Assembly: GCA_965223905.1 (NCBI GenBank)
Contig: CBDCXV010000001.1
Span: 1,440,001 to 1,504,000, forward strand
Length of the DNA stretch: 64,000 nucleotides
Direction of reading: 5' to 3'
DNA from: Candidatus Latescibacterota bacterium
GTDB lineage: Bacteria; Latescibacterota; UBA2968; UBA8231
Shown: positions 9,628 to 18,657 of the stretch, in pieces
How positions within the stretch are numbered: the first letter of the stretch is position 1
Layout: each line of letters starts with the position of its first letter
Notes under the pieces: model-generated
Database searches by the model: none
Told to the model about the DNA's origin: nothing
What the model saw: only the letters and a program-made list of their open reading frames with translations
Translations under genes and position numbers: made by a program

Positions 9628-10371
9628 TTATTCCTCTGGACACGGATCGTCCCCGGGGAAGCTGAGTGTGTCCCCGCCGATCCAGGACAGGACCCGCTGG
9701 CGCAGATGCACCTCGACGTCGAGGATCGAGGGCCGCTGCTCGTTGACGCCGCCCATGCGCAGCAGGTAGCAGTCGATCAGGGGGGCGTCGGCCCTGAACC
9801 GGCTTATGGCCTGCATGGTCACCCCGATCCCGCTCGAACAGAGTATCTCCAGCAGATTGCGGATGCGCACTTCCTGCTGGGCCCCGTGGCCCCGGGTTCC
9901 CGGTTCCAGCTCTTCGTAGTGATCCCGGAATTCCGAGGACACTGCCCTGAAGAACAGCAGCAAGAGCACTTGCCGGTCGAAGGGGGTCAGGCGGCAACGC
10001 CTTACGAGGTCGAGGAACGGGACCACCTGCGGATCGCTCGCCTCCAGTCGCGCCTCGGAAACCCCCCCGAAGCGCAGCAACTCATGCTCCGAGGTATCGA
10101 GCCGCTGCCGCAGCTCTTCCGTCGGGATGGCCCCCTCCGGGTCGATGTACAGGCCGGAGCACCAGCGCCGCCGGCTCCGCTGGCGCACGAGGCGCCGCAG
10201 CCCGCCGCATTCCAGCTGCAGAATTGCCTCTTTTAACATCGCGTCGAGAAACTCGGGGTTTGACTTGTAGCCCCGAACCCGGAGAAGGGGTTGCGCCGCC
10301 GCCGTCATCGTCCCGCCCCCAATGAGACCGTGGTCGTCGAGGGTGCGCGGGTCGGGCTTTTTGGTGGGCAT
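9628..10371 (-). CDS. Stand-alone N-terminal (winged-helix-like) domain of the AAA-ATPase family, no ATPase module
   Basis: LTPFDRQVLLLLF...F...Y..L and FRADAPLIDCYLL resemble the N-terminal region of the 1030-3137 ATPase (LATDAPLLRSGLV). SD GGAGGAG. No Walker A. Confidence 0.55.
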   Translation of the reverse strand: MPTKKPDPRTLDDHGLIGGGTMTAAAQPLLRVRGYKSNPEFLDAMLKEAILQLECGGLRRLVRQRSRRRWCSGLYIDPEGAIPTEELRQRLDTSEHELLRFGGVSEARLEASDPQVVPFLDLVRRCRLTPFDRQVLLLLFFRAVSSEFRDHYEELEPGTRGHGAQQEVRIRNLLEILCSSGIGVTMQAISRFRADAPLIDCYLLRMGGVNEQRPSILDVEVHLRQRVLSWIGGDTLSFPGDDPCPEE

Positions 10372-10435
10372 GTCGCTCCTCCAGGAGAATGGGTTCGCTC
10401 TCGTGCAGCAAAAAGCGAACCTGTTTTCCAGGGGG

Positions 10436-10454
10436 TGCGACGGATCATGTCGCG
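10436..10454 (-). promoter_or_regulatory. GCGAC-N7-GTCGCA box upstream of 9628-10371
   Basis: Minus strand reads cgcgac-atgatcc-gtcgca-ccccc. Confidence 0.55.
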
Positions 10455-10609
10455 GGTGGGCGACTTTGGGGGGGGTTCTGCAGGGAGGCATTCGCCCCGA
10501 AGTTCCCGGACTACGGGAGGGTCAGGCCAAGGGGAGGAAGCGAGCTATGTGGGAAAGGTATCCTGAAAGCACCAAGCCAGCGGCTTCGCCGGTGTCGGCC
10601 GGACTGAAG

Positions 10610-11947
10610 TTAAAATTCTTCCTCGGTCTCAGTCCGCCACTCCGGCGCCAAATCCCTGAAAGTCGCGCTCTCGGCGTTCCATTGCAGCTTCACCGAGCCC
10701 AGCGGGCCGTTGCGCTGTTTGGCGATGATGATTTCGGCAGTGCCTTCGAAGCTGTTGTCTTCGTGGTCTTCGATGCCGTGCATATCCGGGTGGTAGATGA
10801 ACATCACCATGTCGGCGTCTCGGTCGCCGCCCGGCTCCCGCAAGTCCGCAAGGCTTGGCCTTTCTTTAGTGCTTTCCAGTTCAGACAGGGCGAGCACTGG
10901 TACGTTCAGCTCCTGGGCAAGGCCCTTGAGGCCCCGGGAGATTTCCTGCTTGCAGGTGTAGGCTTTCGTCTGTCGACCCATCATTTCCAGAGAGTTAACG
11001 ATAGTCAGGCCGATCCCGTGCTCCCGATGCAACCGGCGCGCCTTGGCCCGGATTTCGGTTATTGAAATTCGGGAGGTATCGTCTATATAGACAGGTATTC
11101 CGGCCAGACGTTCTGCGGCGCTCCTCAGGTGAACCAATTGGTCGTCGCGGAGCCGGCCGCTGCAAAGCTTGTGCAGATCCACCTGCGCCTCCGCGCTGAG
11201 CAGTCGCCGGGCAAGCTCCATTCTGGAAGTTCTCGGGCTGAAGATTGCAACCCCGATCCCCGTTTCCACCGCGGCGTTCCGCGCCAGCGCAAGGGCGAGG
11301 GACGTTTTTCCGGCGCCCGAGGCAGCCGCAAGCAGGATAAGGTCTCCTTTTTGTAAGCCGGAGGTTATATGATCGAGCTCGATGAACCCCGTCCCGATCC
11401 CGGAGAGGGAGCCTACCCTGCTGCAGGATTGCTCAATCTGTTTTACGGCGTCGCCGATTTGCGAAGCCAGCGGCTCAAGCCCATCGACGATTTGGTTTTG
11501 GCGGATCCTGTCAAGACCTTGCGCGGCGCTTTCAAGCAGAACATCCAACTCCCTGCTGCCTTCGCGGGCTTGCTCGATGATGTCGCCGGCAGTCTCGATC
11601 ACCTTGCGCCTGAGTGCCTTGTCGAGGATGATCCGCGCGTGGGCGTCAATGTTTGCCGCGGAGGCGAACTCGATAGCCAGCCTGGCCAGGTAGACGGACC
11701 CGCCAGCCTCATGGAACTGATCACGGAGCTTGAGCTCCTCGGACAAGGTGAGCTGATCGATCGCCACCCCGCGCTCGTGTAGTTCTACCAATGCGGCGTA
11801 AATCCATTTGTGCGGGACGTGGAAAAAACAGTCCGGATCGAGGGTTGCGCTGGCGCGGTCGATGGCGCCAGGGTCTAGCATCATTGCCCCCAATACGGCC
11901 TGCTCGATCTCTATCGCCTGGGGCGGAATGTGCTGGTTGTCGGCCAT
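10610..11947 (-). CDS. dnaB: Replicative helicase DnaB paralog with degenerate catalytic motifs
   Basis: Full DnaB architecture (PPQAIEIEQAVLG N-domain, GI.TGF.ELD..T.GLQ.GDL, IDD, AEIIIAKQRNGP). H1a reads FSPRT, H2 NSLEM, H3 LSEL, and H4 is shortened. Confidence 0.9.
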   Translation of the reverse strand: MADNQHIPPQAIEIEQAVLGAMMLDPGAIDRASATLDPDCFFHVPHKWIYAALVELHERGVAIDQLTLSEELKLRDQFHEAGGSVYLARLAIEFASAANIDAHARIILDKALRRKVIETAGDIIEQAREGSRELDVLLESAAQGLDRIRQNQIVDGLEPLASQIGDAVKQIEQSCSRVGSLSGIGTGFIELDHITSGLQKGDLILLAAASGAGKTSLALALARNAAVETGIGVAIFSPRTSRMELARRLLSAEAQVDLHKLCSGRLRDDQLVHLRSAAERLAGIPVYIDDTSRISITEIRAKARRLHREHGIGLTIVNSLEMMGRQTKAYTCKQEISRGLKGLAQELNVPVLALSELESTKERPSLADLREPGGDRDADMVMFIYHPDMHGIEDHEDNSFEGTAEIIIAKQRNGPLGSVKLQWNAESATFRDLAPEWRTETEEEF

Positions 11948-11979
11948 ATGAAATCCCGGGGCATTGGATGTATCCCAGG

Positions 11980-12013
11980 ATTATGGCCCACAGGTGCGAC
12001 AGATTGCGTCGCA
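11980..12013 (-). promoter_or_regulatory. Perfect TGCGAC-N7-GTCGCA palindrome plus -10 CATAAT, upstream of the dnaB paralog
   Basis: tgcgac-agattgc-gtcgca at 11995-12013. Minus strand reads TGTCGC-N10-CATAAT. Confidence 0.65.
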
Positions 12014-12066
12014 GGCGGAACTTTAACAGATGGGGGGTGCTATTTTTTCAGGAATCCTCATCGGGC

Positions 12067-12101
12067 AAAAAAAGCGGGGAGCGGCCAAAGCCACCCCCCG
12101 C
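12067..12101 (-). terminator. Rho-independent terminator after the TonB receptor gene
   Basis: Minus strand GCGGGGGGTGGC-TTTG-GCCGCTCCCCGC-TTTTTTT. Confidence 0.75.
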
Positions 12102-12123
12102 TCTTCCCGTACCCCCTGCCCCT

Positions 12124-14660
12124 TCAGAACCGGCACCCCAGCTGCGCGAAGACCAGGCGCCCCACCTCCGGGGCGCCGACGAACGCCTGGTAGGCCCCGC
12201 CCAGCACATTGCTGACCTCGACCCGCAGCACCAGGTCCTGCTCCAGGGGCAGCCGCCAGGCCAGGTTGAGACCCAGCACGGTATAAGAATCCACCTCGCC
12301 CACGAACACCCCCGAGCTCATGGAGAAGGCGCCGGTGTAGCGCACCCGGCCGCCAGCCGACAGTCCCCACCTGCCGAAGTCGTAGTTCGCCCCGAGCTTG
12401 GCCTTGTGCCTCGGGGCGTTCAGGGCCACGTCGGCTCCCCCTTCGGAATGCAGGTACTTCAGATTCTCGAAGAAGTTGTTGTCGACGAACGAGTAGTTCC
12501 CCGTGAGCCTCCAGCGATCGTCGGGGTACCAGGCCAGACTCAGGTCCAGCCCGCGGATGGTCACGTCTTCGAAGTTGGGTAGCTCATGGTCATCGCGTAG
12601 GGATCGGAGGCCTGCTCGGGAGAGACGGTGCCGTAGGGGATGGCCGCCGCCCCCGCGGTGAGGATGCCGGCCAGCTCGTCCACCGGGGTGCCGTTGTTGT
12701 TGCCCTGCACCACCCCCGGCACCTGGGCCGCGTCCAGGGCCGCCAGGGCCCCGGCAAGTTGCGCGTTGTCCGGATCGGACAGGGCCTGCCCGATCCCCTC
12801 GCCCAGGGCCGCTCCCAGACTCTGCGGGTCGAGGAAGACATTCGGAGTCTCCACCGAAATCGCCCCGACGAAGTTCTCGATCCTCGACTGGTACAGATCG
12901 GCTGCCACTACCAGCTTGTCGGCCACCACCCCTTTGTAGCCCAGCTCGACAGTCTGAGTTATGGCCGAGTGGATGCGCGGCACGTCGTAGGCGGTTATGG
13001 GGGTAGTGCCGTCCGCCTCCACGAAGAAGAAGGACTGTCGATCCGGATCAGGCTCCTCGCCGAGTGGCTCCGACTCGATGTTCAGCCTGCCCATGACATT
13101 GCGCAGGCCGGGCAGCTGCTCCGGCACGACGCCGGGCAGGGCCTTGGCCAGCTGGGCGGCTGCCCCCTGGGCGTCTTCGGCTCCCATGCCCTGGGCCACC
13201 AGGGCGCCGCCAGCCAGTGCCTGGAAGGCCGGTCCGAGCTGAGCGAGCACCGCCTGCCTGCCGCTCCCCCACATCACGTTGGTGACCAGCGGGTGGTCCA
13301 TGGCCATGTAGCCGTCCGGCCCGATGGGATAACCGGCGTCCCCGGGGGCGAGCCCCAACAGGGAGGCCTGGCCGGCCACCAGTGGGGAGAAGGGAGAGCG
13401 GAAGAGAGGCCGGCCCCCCTCGTCCCGCCGGAAGGTGAAGCCGTAGCCGGTGCTCCTGTAGTTCCCCTGGGTCCAGATATCGATCGGCCTGAACTCTCCC
13501 AGGCCGAGGGCCGAAAAGAGGGGCGTGAAATTCGCGCTCAGCCCGAAGGGATCCCGGGCCGTTTGCAGGTCGAGGTAGAGATTGTTCGAGGTAGGTGTGC
13601 TGAACGCCCGGTTGTAGGTCAGCCGCAGGGTCTGGGTCTCCCTCGGCTTGAACACCAGAGCCGCCCGGGGGGACAGCTCGGGATCCGCGAGGCGGCTGTG
13701 GTAGTCGTAGCGCAGGGCCAGCACCAGGTCGAGCGGATCGCTCAGGGCGGTCTCGCTCTGCACGTAGCCGCCGAACTCGTTGAGGTCGTCCTCCTCCTCG
13801 TTCCCGCCCATGATGGTGCCGTCGGTGTCGGGCCGCGTCATCAGGGCGTCGAAGCCGTAGGTAAAGCGCTGGCGCTGACCCAGGCTGGAGGTGTGCTGCG
13901 CCTGGAACACGTCGAGGGAGGACCTGTCGACGACGGGAATGCCGGTGCGCAGCAGATACGTGCCGCCCGCATCGTTCCAGTTGCGGAAGGCCTGGAAGAA
14001 CCAGTCGCCGTACAGCAGCCGCAGCTGGGTGTAGTTGTACTGTCAGTCTATCGCCTGCGACGCCCCCACCCCGGTCAACCCGACCACGTCCGACTTGCTG
14101 TGCCCCGCCGCCAGTATGGCGGTCAGGTCGTCGGATGCCCGCCAGTCCAGACGCACTTCGGCACTCCGGGTCCTGGAGCCGTAGTCGCGCGGTGCCAGGG
14201 GGGGCAGATCCGCTCCCGCGTCTATCGACGCCTGCCTCAGTTCCCGGGCCTCCTCCTCCTCCGGGTCGGTGTATTCCCACTCCGTCCCCGTGTAGTACTG
14301 GCGGAGACCTTGTAACCCAGCCGGTCCCCCAACGCCCCGGCGTGCCGGAACCCGGTCTGGCGCAGGCTGCGCTCCCCCATCCCGACGTTGACGCTGGTGC
14401 CCTGCGAGGCAAAAGGGGAACGGGTGATGACGTGCATGACCCCGTCGGCGCTGTTGGGTCCGTACAGGGCCGACCCCGGCCCCAGGACCACCTCGATGCG
14501 TTCGACGTCGTCGTTGGTGAGGGGGATGAAATTGAAGGCGTTGACCCGCAGGGAGGGCACCCGTGCTATGCGATTGTCCGTCAGCGTGAGCAGGGTTCCG
14601 GAGAACACGTTGTTGAAACCGCGCACCACCGCGTTGAAACTCTGTTTCAGTTCGGCAGGC
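12124..14660 (-). pseudogene. TonB-dependent receptor pseudogene (5' part missing, two frameshifts, one nonsense codon)
   Basis: Plug motifs VRGFN and IERIEVVLGPGSALYG.N...GV..VIT, barrel strands, C-terminal Phe (LGCRF). Frameshifts near 14300 and 12578, in-frame TGA at 14043-14045, no signal peptide. Confidence 0.85.
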
Positions 14661-14679
14661 GGTGTCGTGATCTTGTCGA

Positions 14680-14973
14680 TCAAACTGGTTGCGGCTCGTA
14701 GCGCTCGACTTCGATCTCATCCTCTCGCGCCTGGGCCTGCGCGACGTCGTAGGCAGCCTGTAACCTTATCCAGGTCTCAGTGGTAGAGCCGAAAGCCTTC
14801 GCCAACCGGACCGCCATCTCCGCCGACAGGCGAGCGTGACAGTTCACCAGGTTCGAGAGGGCTTGGCGGCTGACTCCGAGGACTTTCGCCCCCTGGGTGA
14901 CGCTGAGACCGAGCGGCTCCAGACAGGACACTCGAACGACCTTCCCGGGATGGGGTGGGTTCTTCATGGGCAT
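14680..14973 (-). CDS. higA: HigA antitoxin (HTH-XRE)
   Basis: MPMKNPPHPG...LGLSVT.GA..LGVSRQALS.LVN...LS.EMA.RL.KAFG.T.E.W..LQ..YD. Confidence 0.92.
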   Translation of the reverse strand: MPMKNPPHPGKVVRVSCLEPLGLSVTQGAKVLGVSRQALSNLVNCHARLSAEMAVRLAKAFGSTTETWIRLQAAYDVAQAQAREDEIEVERYEPQPV

Positions 14974-14993
14974 GTCGATTACTCCATTTATCC

Positions 14994-15272
14994 TTAGTGG
15001 TAGTCGATCAGTTCGACGTCGTAGACGTTCTCCCCTTCGAACCGGAAAATGATGCGCCAGTTGTTCTTCAAAGTCACCGATCAATAACCCTTCCGGTCTC
15101 CTTTGAGCATGTGCAGCCGATAGTGGGGAAGGCGCATGGCTTCAGGAGAGCTGGCGACATCGAGTTGGGCGAGGATCACTTCCACACGGTCGTGCATATC
15201 CGCACCGATGAGGCTGCGGTCACCACGCTCATACAGGCGCTTGAGCCCACGATGTCGGAAACTCCGAATCAT
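14994..15272 (-). pseudogene. higB: HigB toxin with an internal TGA (Trp codon to stop)
   Basis: MIRSFRHRGLKRLY...RLHMLKGDRKGY*SVTLKNNWRIIFRFEGENVYDVELIDYH. The stop at 15081-15083 sits at the conserved W of GYWS. Confidence 0.9.
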
Positions 15273-15290
15273 TTATCCGAGGATGTAATG

Positions 15291-15325
15291 TGTCACTTGT
15301 CACTTGTCACTTGTCACTTGTCAAT
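15291..15325. repeat. Heptamer tandem repeat (TGTCACT)x4 + TGTCAAT in the higBA promoter
   Basis: Directly visible. The last unit reads TTGACA on the minus strand. Confidence 0.9.
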
Positions 15326-15689
15326 AATGGGAACCACACTTTCTTCCAAGCGCAACATGGCCTTGCGCACCTCGCAGGCCTCCCCCGGATTGTTCCTCGG
15401 AGCAGGCGCAATACGGAGACCCTGTCCGCCCGCTTCTGGAACTGACGAATCTCCTGTTTTCGTGCAACCCGAGGTCATCAGCTTCCTTTGCAGGGCATCC
15501 TGCGGTTGCCGTTTTTCACCCCCATCCGAATCGGGTGGAGTACCGGAGGTAGATAGTCATGGCGAACCTCGGAATCGGCTCTCACAGGCTGTCAGGCTGC
15601 TGGCCTGGCTGGATTCCTCGCGGCGGACGCCATCCTTCCTGCGCAGGCGGACAAGTGCCCGCGCCTCCTGCCTGGTTTTCGAGAAGCGT

Positions 15690-16213
15690 CGAGTTGGAAT
15701 TGGGACCGGCGTTTTATTGAGCTGGGAGGCGAGTGAGGACAGCGTCGACTTCTACCGGATTTTCAGGTTGATTGCAATTACGGATCTGGATGGAAAACAA
15801 GAGGAAGCCTGGGTAGGAGGGGGGTTCGTCGATCCCCCGGACTCAACCGGCCAAGGGATCAGGGTCGTAGTCGCCACTCTCGACCACGATTTTCCCATGG
15901 TGTTCGGTGTCGCGGCCGTAATTCGCTCCGAAGACGGCTCGGAAATCCGGTCCGTAATGGTCACCACGGAAGTCCGGCCCAGGGCAACCTTCTTCTACGA
16001 CGCAAACGGCAACGAAGTCTGGGGAGTCATGGTACCCGGGTGGTGGACGACGAGGACGTGGCCGCCTTCCTCGAGCACTTCGGCGCCAGGATCGAGGATT
16101 ACCCGGAGTCGTCCTATGCGCTGGAAGCGGATTTCGACGGCAACGGAATCATCGATCTCCCCGACTTCTTCATCCTCGCCGACAACCATGGACGGAGTTT
16201 TGTCCTGTACTGA
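15690..16213 (+). pseudogene. C-terminal fragment of a surface protein with a dockerin/EF-hand-like Ca-binding tail
   Basis: LSWEASEDSVDFYRIFR...VVVATLD..., a frameshift near 16030, then VVDDEDVAAFLEHFG...ADFDGNGIIDLPDFFILADNHG. No convincing start codon. Confidence 0.6.
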
Positions 16214-16261
16214 CCGGCCTCTCCCGGCTCGGTCGCAGGTGTTTCCGGGGGACGCAAGAGC

Positions 16262-18490
16262 ATGAAGCTCGTCGGGTACAGCGACCGCTTCAGCGCCGCC
16301 CCGGGGGAGACGGTCCGCTTCATGGTCAGCAGCGAATCCCCCGCCTACCGCGGCGACATCGTCCGCCTGCGCCACCTCGACGAGAACCCCGCGGGCCCGG
16401 GCTTCCGGTTCGATGCCGTCGACTCCGACATCGCCGGCGAGTATCCGGGCCGGCCGCAGCCGATTCGCACCGGCTCGTCGGTGGCAGTGCCCCACGATCC
16501 CTGCCTGAACTGCGAATACGGGTTCACCCTGCACGCCTGGATTTTTCCGACCACTCCGGAAAAGGGGATCCAGGGCCTGCTGACGAAATGGTGCGACCGG
16601 GAGCAGGCCGGCTATGCCCTCGTCATCGACGAGGCCGGCTGCCTGGCACTCTGGCTCGGTTCGGGCAAGGGGGAAGTCGAAAGTATCGGCATCGGCGCCG
16701 GTTTGAGGGCTTCGCGCTGGTACTCGGTGGCCGCTATCTGGGACCCCGCCGCCGGCGAGGCCTGCCTGTACCAGGAGCCGGTCGCCGACTGGCCCCTCGA
16801 CAACCCCTCGGGAGCGGTTGTGGAAACGGTCAGCCCGCGGGCAGTCGGTGCCAACCCCTGCGATTTCCTGATGGCGGCGTACTGGCGGCGGACCTGGGAG
16901 GGCGCCCCTGTCGCCACCGCCCATTTCAACGGCAGGATCGACAGTCCCAGGCTGTTCCGGCGTGCCATGACAGCAGAAGAGATCGATCAGCTCCGGGAAG
17001 GGGTAGAACCTGTCGCCGCAGAGGACCTGGTCGCCAGCTGGGATTTCTCCCTCGACATCTCGTCGTCCCGGGTTACGGACACCTCGCCCCGGGAGCTGCA
17101 CGGGCGCGCCGTCAACCTGCCGATGCGCGCCGCCGCGGGCCGCAACTGGAGCGGCCGCGAGGCGGATTACAGAGCCTTGCCCTCGGAGTACGGGGCCATT
17201 CACTTCCACGACGACGACCTCGAGGATGCCGGGTGGGAGACCGGCTTCGAGTGGCGGATTCCCGAGGGGCTGGCCAGCGGCATCTACGCGGCGCGGCTGA
17301 GGTCCGGCGGGGAGGAGGATTTCGTCCCGTTCGCGGTCAGGCCCGCCCCCGGCAGGCCGCAGTCCCGCATCGCCTTTCTCGCCCCATCGGTCACCTATCT
17401 CGCCTACGCCAACCAGCAGTACAACGACCCGATGCGGGTCGAGCTCGGCCGCCGCGACAGCGGGCAGGCCGGCCCCCGCGACCAGTACATGCGCGACCAC
17501 AACCTGATGAGCCTCTACGACATGCACAGCGACGGCTCCGGGGTCTGCTACTCCTCCCGCCTGCGGCCGATCCTGAACATGAAGCCCGGGTACCGGAACG
17601 CGGCGCTGTCGCTGGCCGCGGGCTGGCCCCACGGGCTGAATGCCGACTTCCACCTGCTCGACTGGATGGACGCCCAGGGGTTCGGGTACGACGTGATCAG
17701 CGACGACGACCTCCACCTCGAAGGAGCGGAGCTGCTGGCGCCGTACCGCGTCGTCGTCACCGGCACCCATCCGGAGTACTGGACCCTGCAGATGCTCGAC
17801 GGCATGCAGTCGTACCAGGCGGATGGGGGACGGCTGATGTACCTCGGCGGCAACGGCCTCTACTGGGTCACCTCTTTCGACCCGGAGCGCCCGCACGTCA
17901 TCGAGGTCAGGCGCTGGGGAGGCACGCGCGCCTGGGAGGCCCTGCCGGGAGAGTACCACCACAGCACCACCGGCGAGCTGGGCGGCCTCTGGCGGCTGCG
18001 CAACCGCGCGCCCCAGAAGACCGTGGGGGTCGGCTTCGTCGCCATGGGCAGCGGCGAGAACCGGCCCTACCGCCGCCGGCCCGGCAGCTTCGACGAGCGC
18101 GCGGCATTCATCTTCGAGGGGGTCGGGGAGGACGAGCTGATCGGAGACTTTCCCTCGCTGGTGTACGGGCACGGCGCCGCCGGCTTCGAGATCGACCGCC
18201 TCGACCACCGCCTCGGGACGCCGAACCACGCCCTACTGCTCGCCTCCTCGTGGGGCCATTCCGACGACTACCAGCTGGCGATCGAAGACCAGAAAGCCTC
18301 CGGGCCGCCTACCGGTGGCAGCGGCAACCCGCTCGTGCGCGCCGACATGGTGTACTACGAGGGTCCCAAGGGCGGGGCGGTCTTCTCCGTCGGCTCGATC
18401 AGCTGGTGCGGCAGCCTTTCCTGGAACGGCTACGACAACAACGTCTCCCGCCTCACCGGCAACGTGCTGCGCAGGTTCGAGGCGGGCTGA
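16262..18490 (+). CDS. N,N-dimethylformamidase large-subunit family protein with an inserted LamG-like domain
   Basis: GYSDRFS..PGE.V.F.VS, HFNG.ID, AIHFHDDDL.DAGW, TYLAYAN, SLYD.HSDGSG, GTHPEYW, YLGGNG.YW, AG.EIDR, GGAVFS.GSI.W. Confidence 0.9.
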   Translation: MKLVGYSDRFSAAPGETVRFMVSSESPAYRGDIVRLRHLDENPAGPGFRFDAVDSDIAGEYPGRPQPIRTGSSVAVPHDPCLNCEYGFTLHAWIFPTTPEKGIQGLLTKWCDREQAGYALVIDEAGCLALWLGSGKGEVESIGIGAGLRASRWYSVAAIWDPAAGEACLYQEPVADWPLDNPSGAVVETVSPRAVGANPCDFLMAAYWRRTWEGAPVATAHFNGRIDSPRLFRRAMTAEEIDQLREGVEPVAAEDLVASWDFSLDISSSRVTDTSPRELHGRAVNLPMRAAAGRNWSGREADYRALPSEYGAIHFHDDDLEDAGWETGFEWRIPEGLASGIYAARLRSGGEEDFVPFAVRPAPGRPQSRIAFLAPSVTYLAYANQQYNDPMRVELGRRDSGQAGPRDQYMRDHNLMSLYDMHSDGSGVCYSSRLRPILNMKPGYRNAALSLAAGWPHGLNADFHLLDWMDAQGFGYDVISDDDLHLEGAELLAPYRVVVTGTHPEYWTLQMLDGMQSYQADGGRLMYLGGNGLYWVTSFDPERPHVIEVRRWGGTRAWEALPGEYHHSTTGELGGLWRLRNRAPQKTVGVGFVAMGSGENRPYRRRPGSFDERAAFIFEGVGEDELIGDFPSLVYGHGAAGFEIDRLDHRLGTPNHALLLASSWGHSDDYQLAIEDQKASGPPTGGSGNPLVRADMVYYEGPKGGAVFSVGSISWCGSLSWNGYDNNVSRLTGNVLRRFEAG

Positions 18491-18657
18491 CGGCCGCCCG
18501 GGAGCTGGCAGATAGGGTCGCTTTGCTGGCGTGCCAGTTGCAGCCGGGATATTCCGGCCACGAGATGCCCGGCCGCGTCGGACATGCCCGGGGCGGGCGG
18601 CTCCATCTGCGCCCGGCGGTTATATTTACATGCCGTCACCAAATGGAGAAGCGACTG

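Noticed and set aside
10610-11947. dnaB as a marker of a prophage or replication origin
   Set aside because: No phage structural, integrase or initiator genes and no DnaA-box cluster were seen nearby.
14043-15083. Two in-frame TGA codons at probable Trp positions (TonB receptor and higB), suggesting TGA recoding
   Set aside because: Many intact genes here end in TGA (e.g. 6982, 9502, 18490, 33153) and use TGG for Trp. Single G-to-A transitions in decaying genes explain both.
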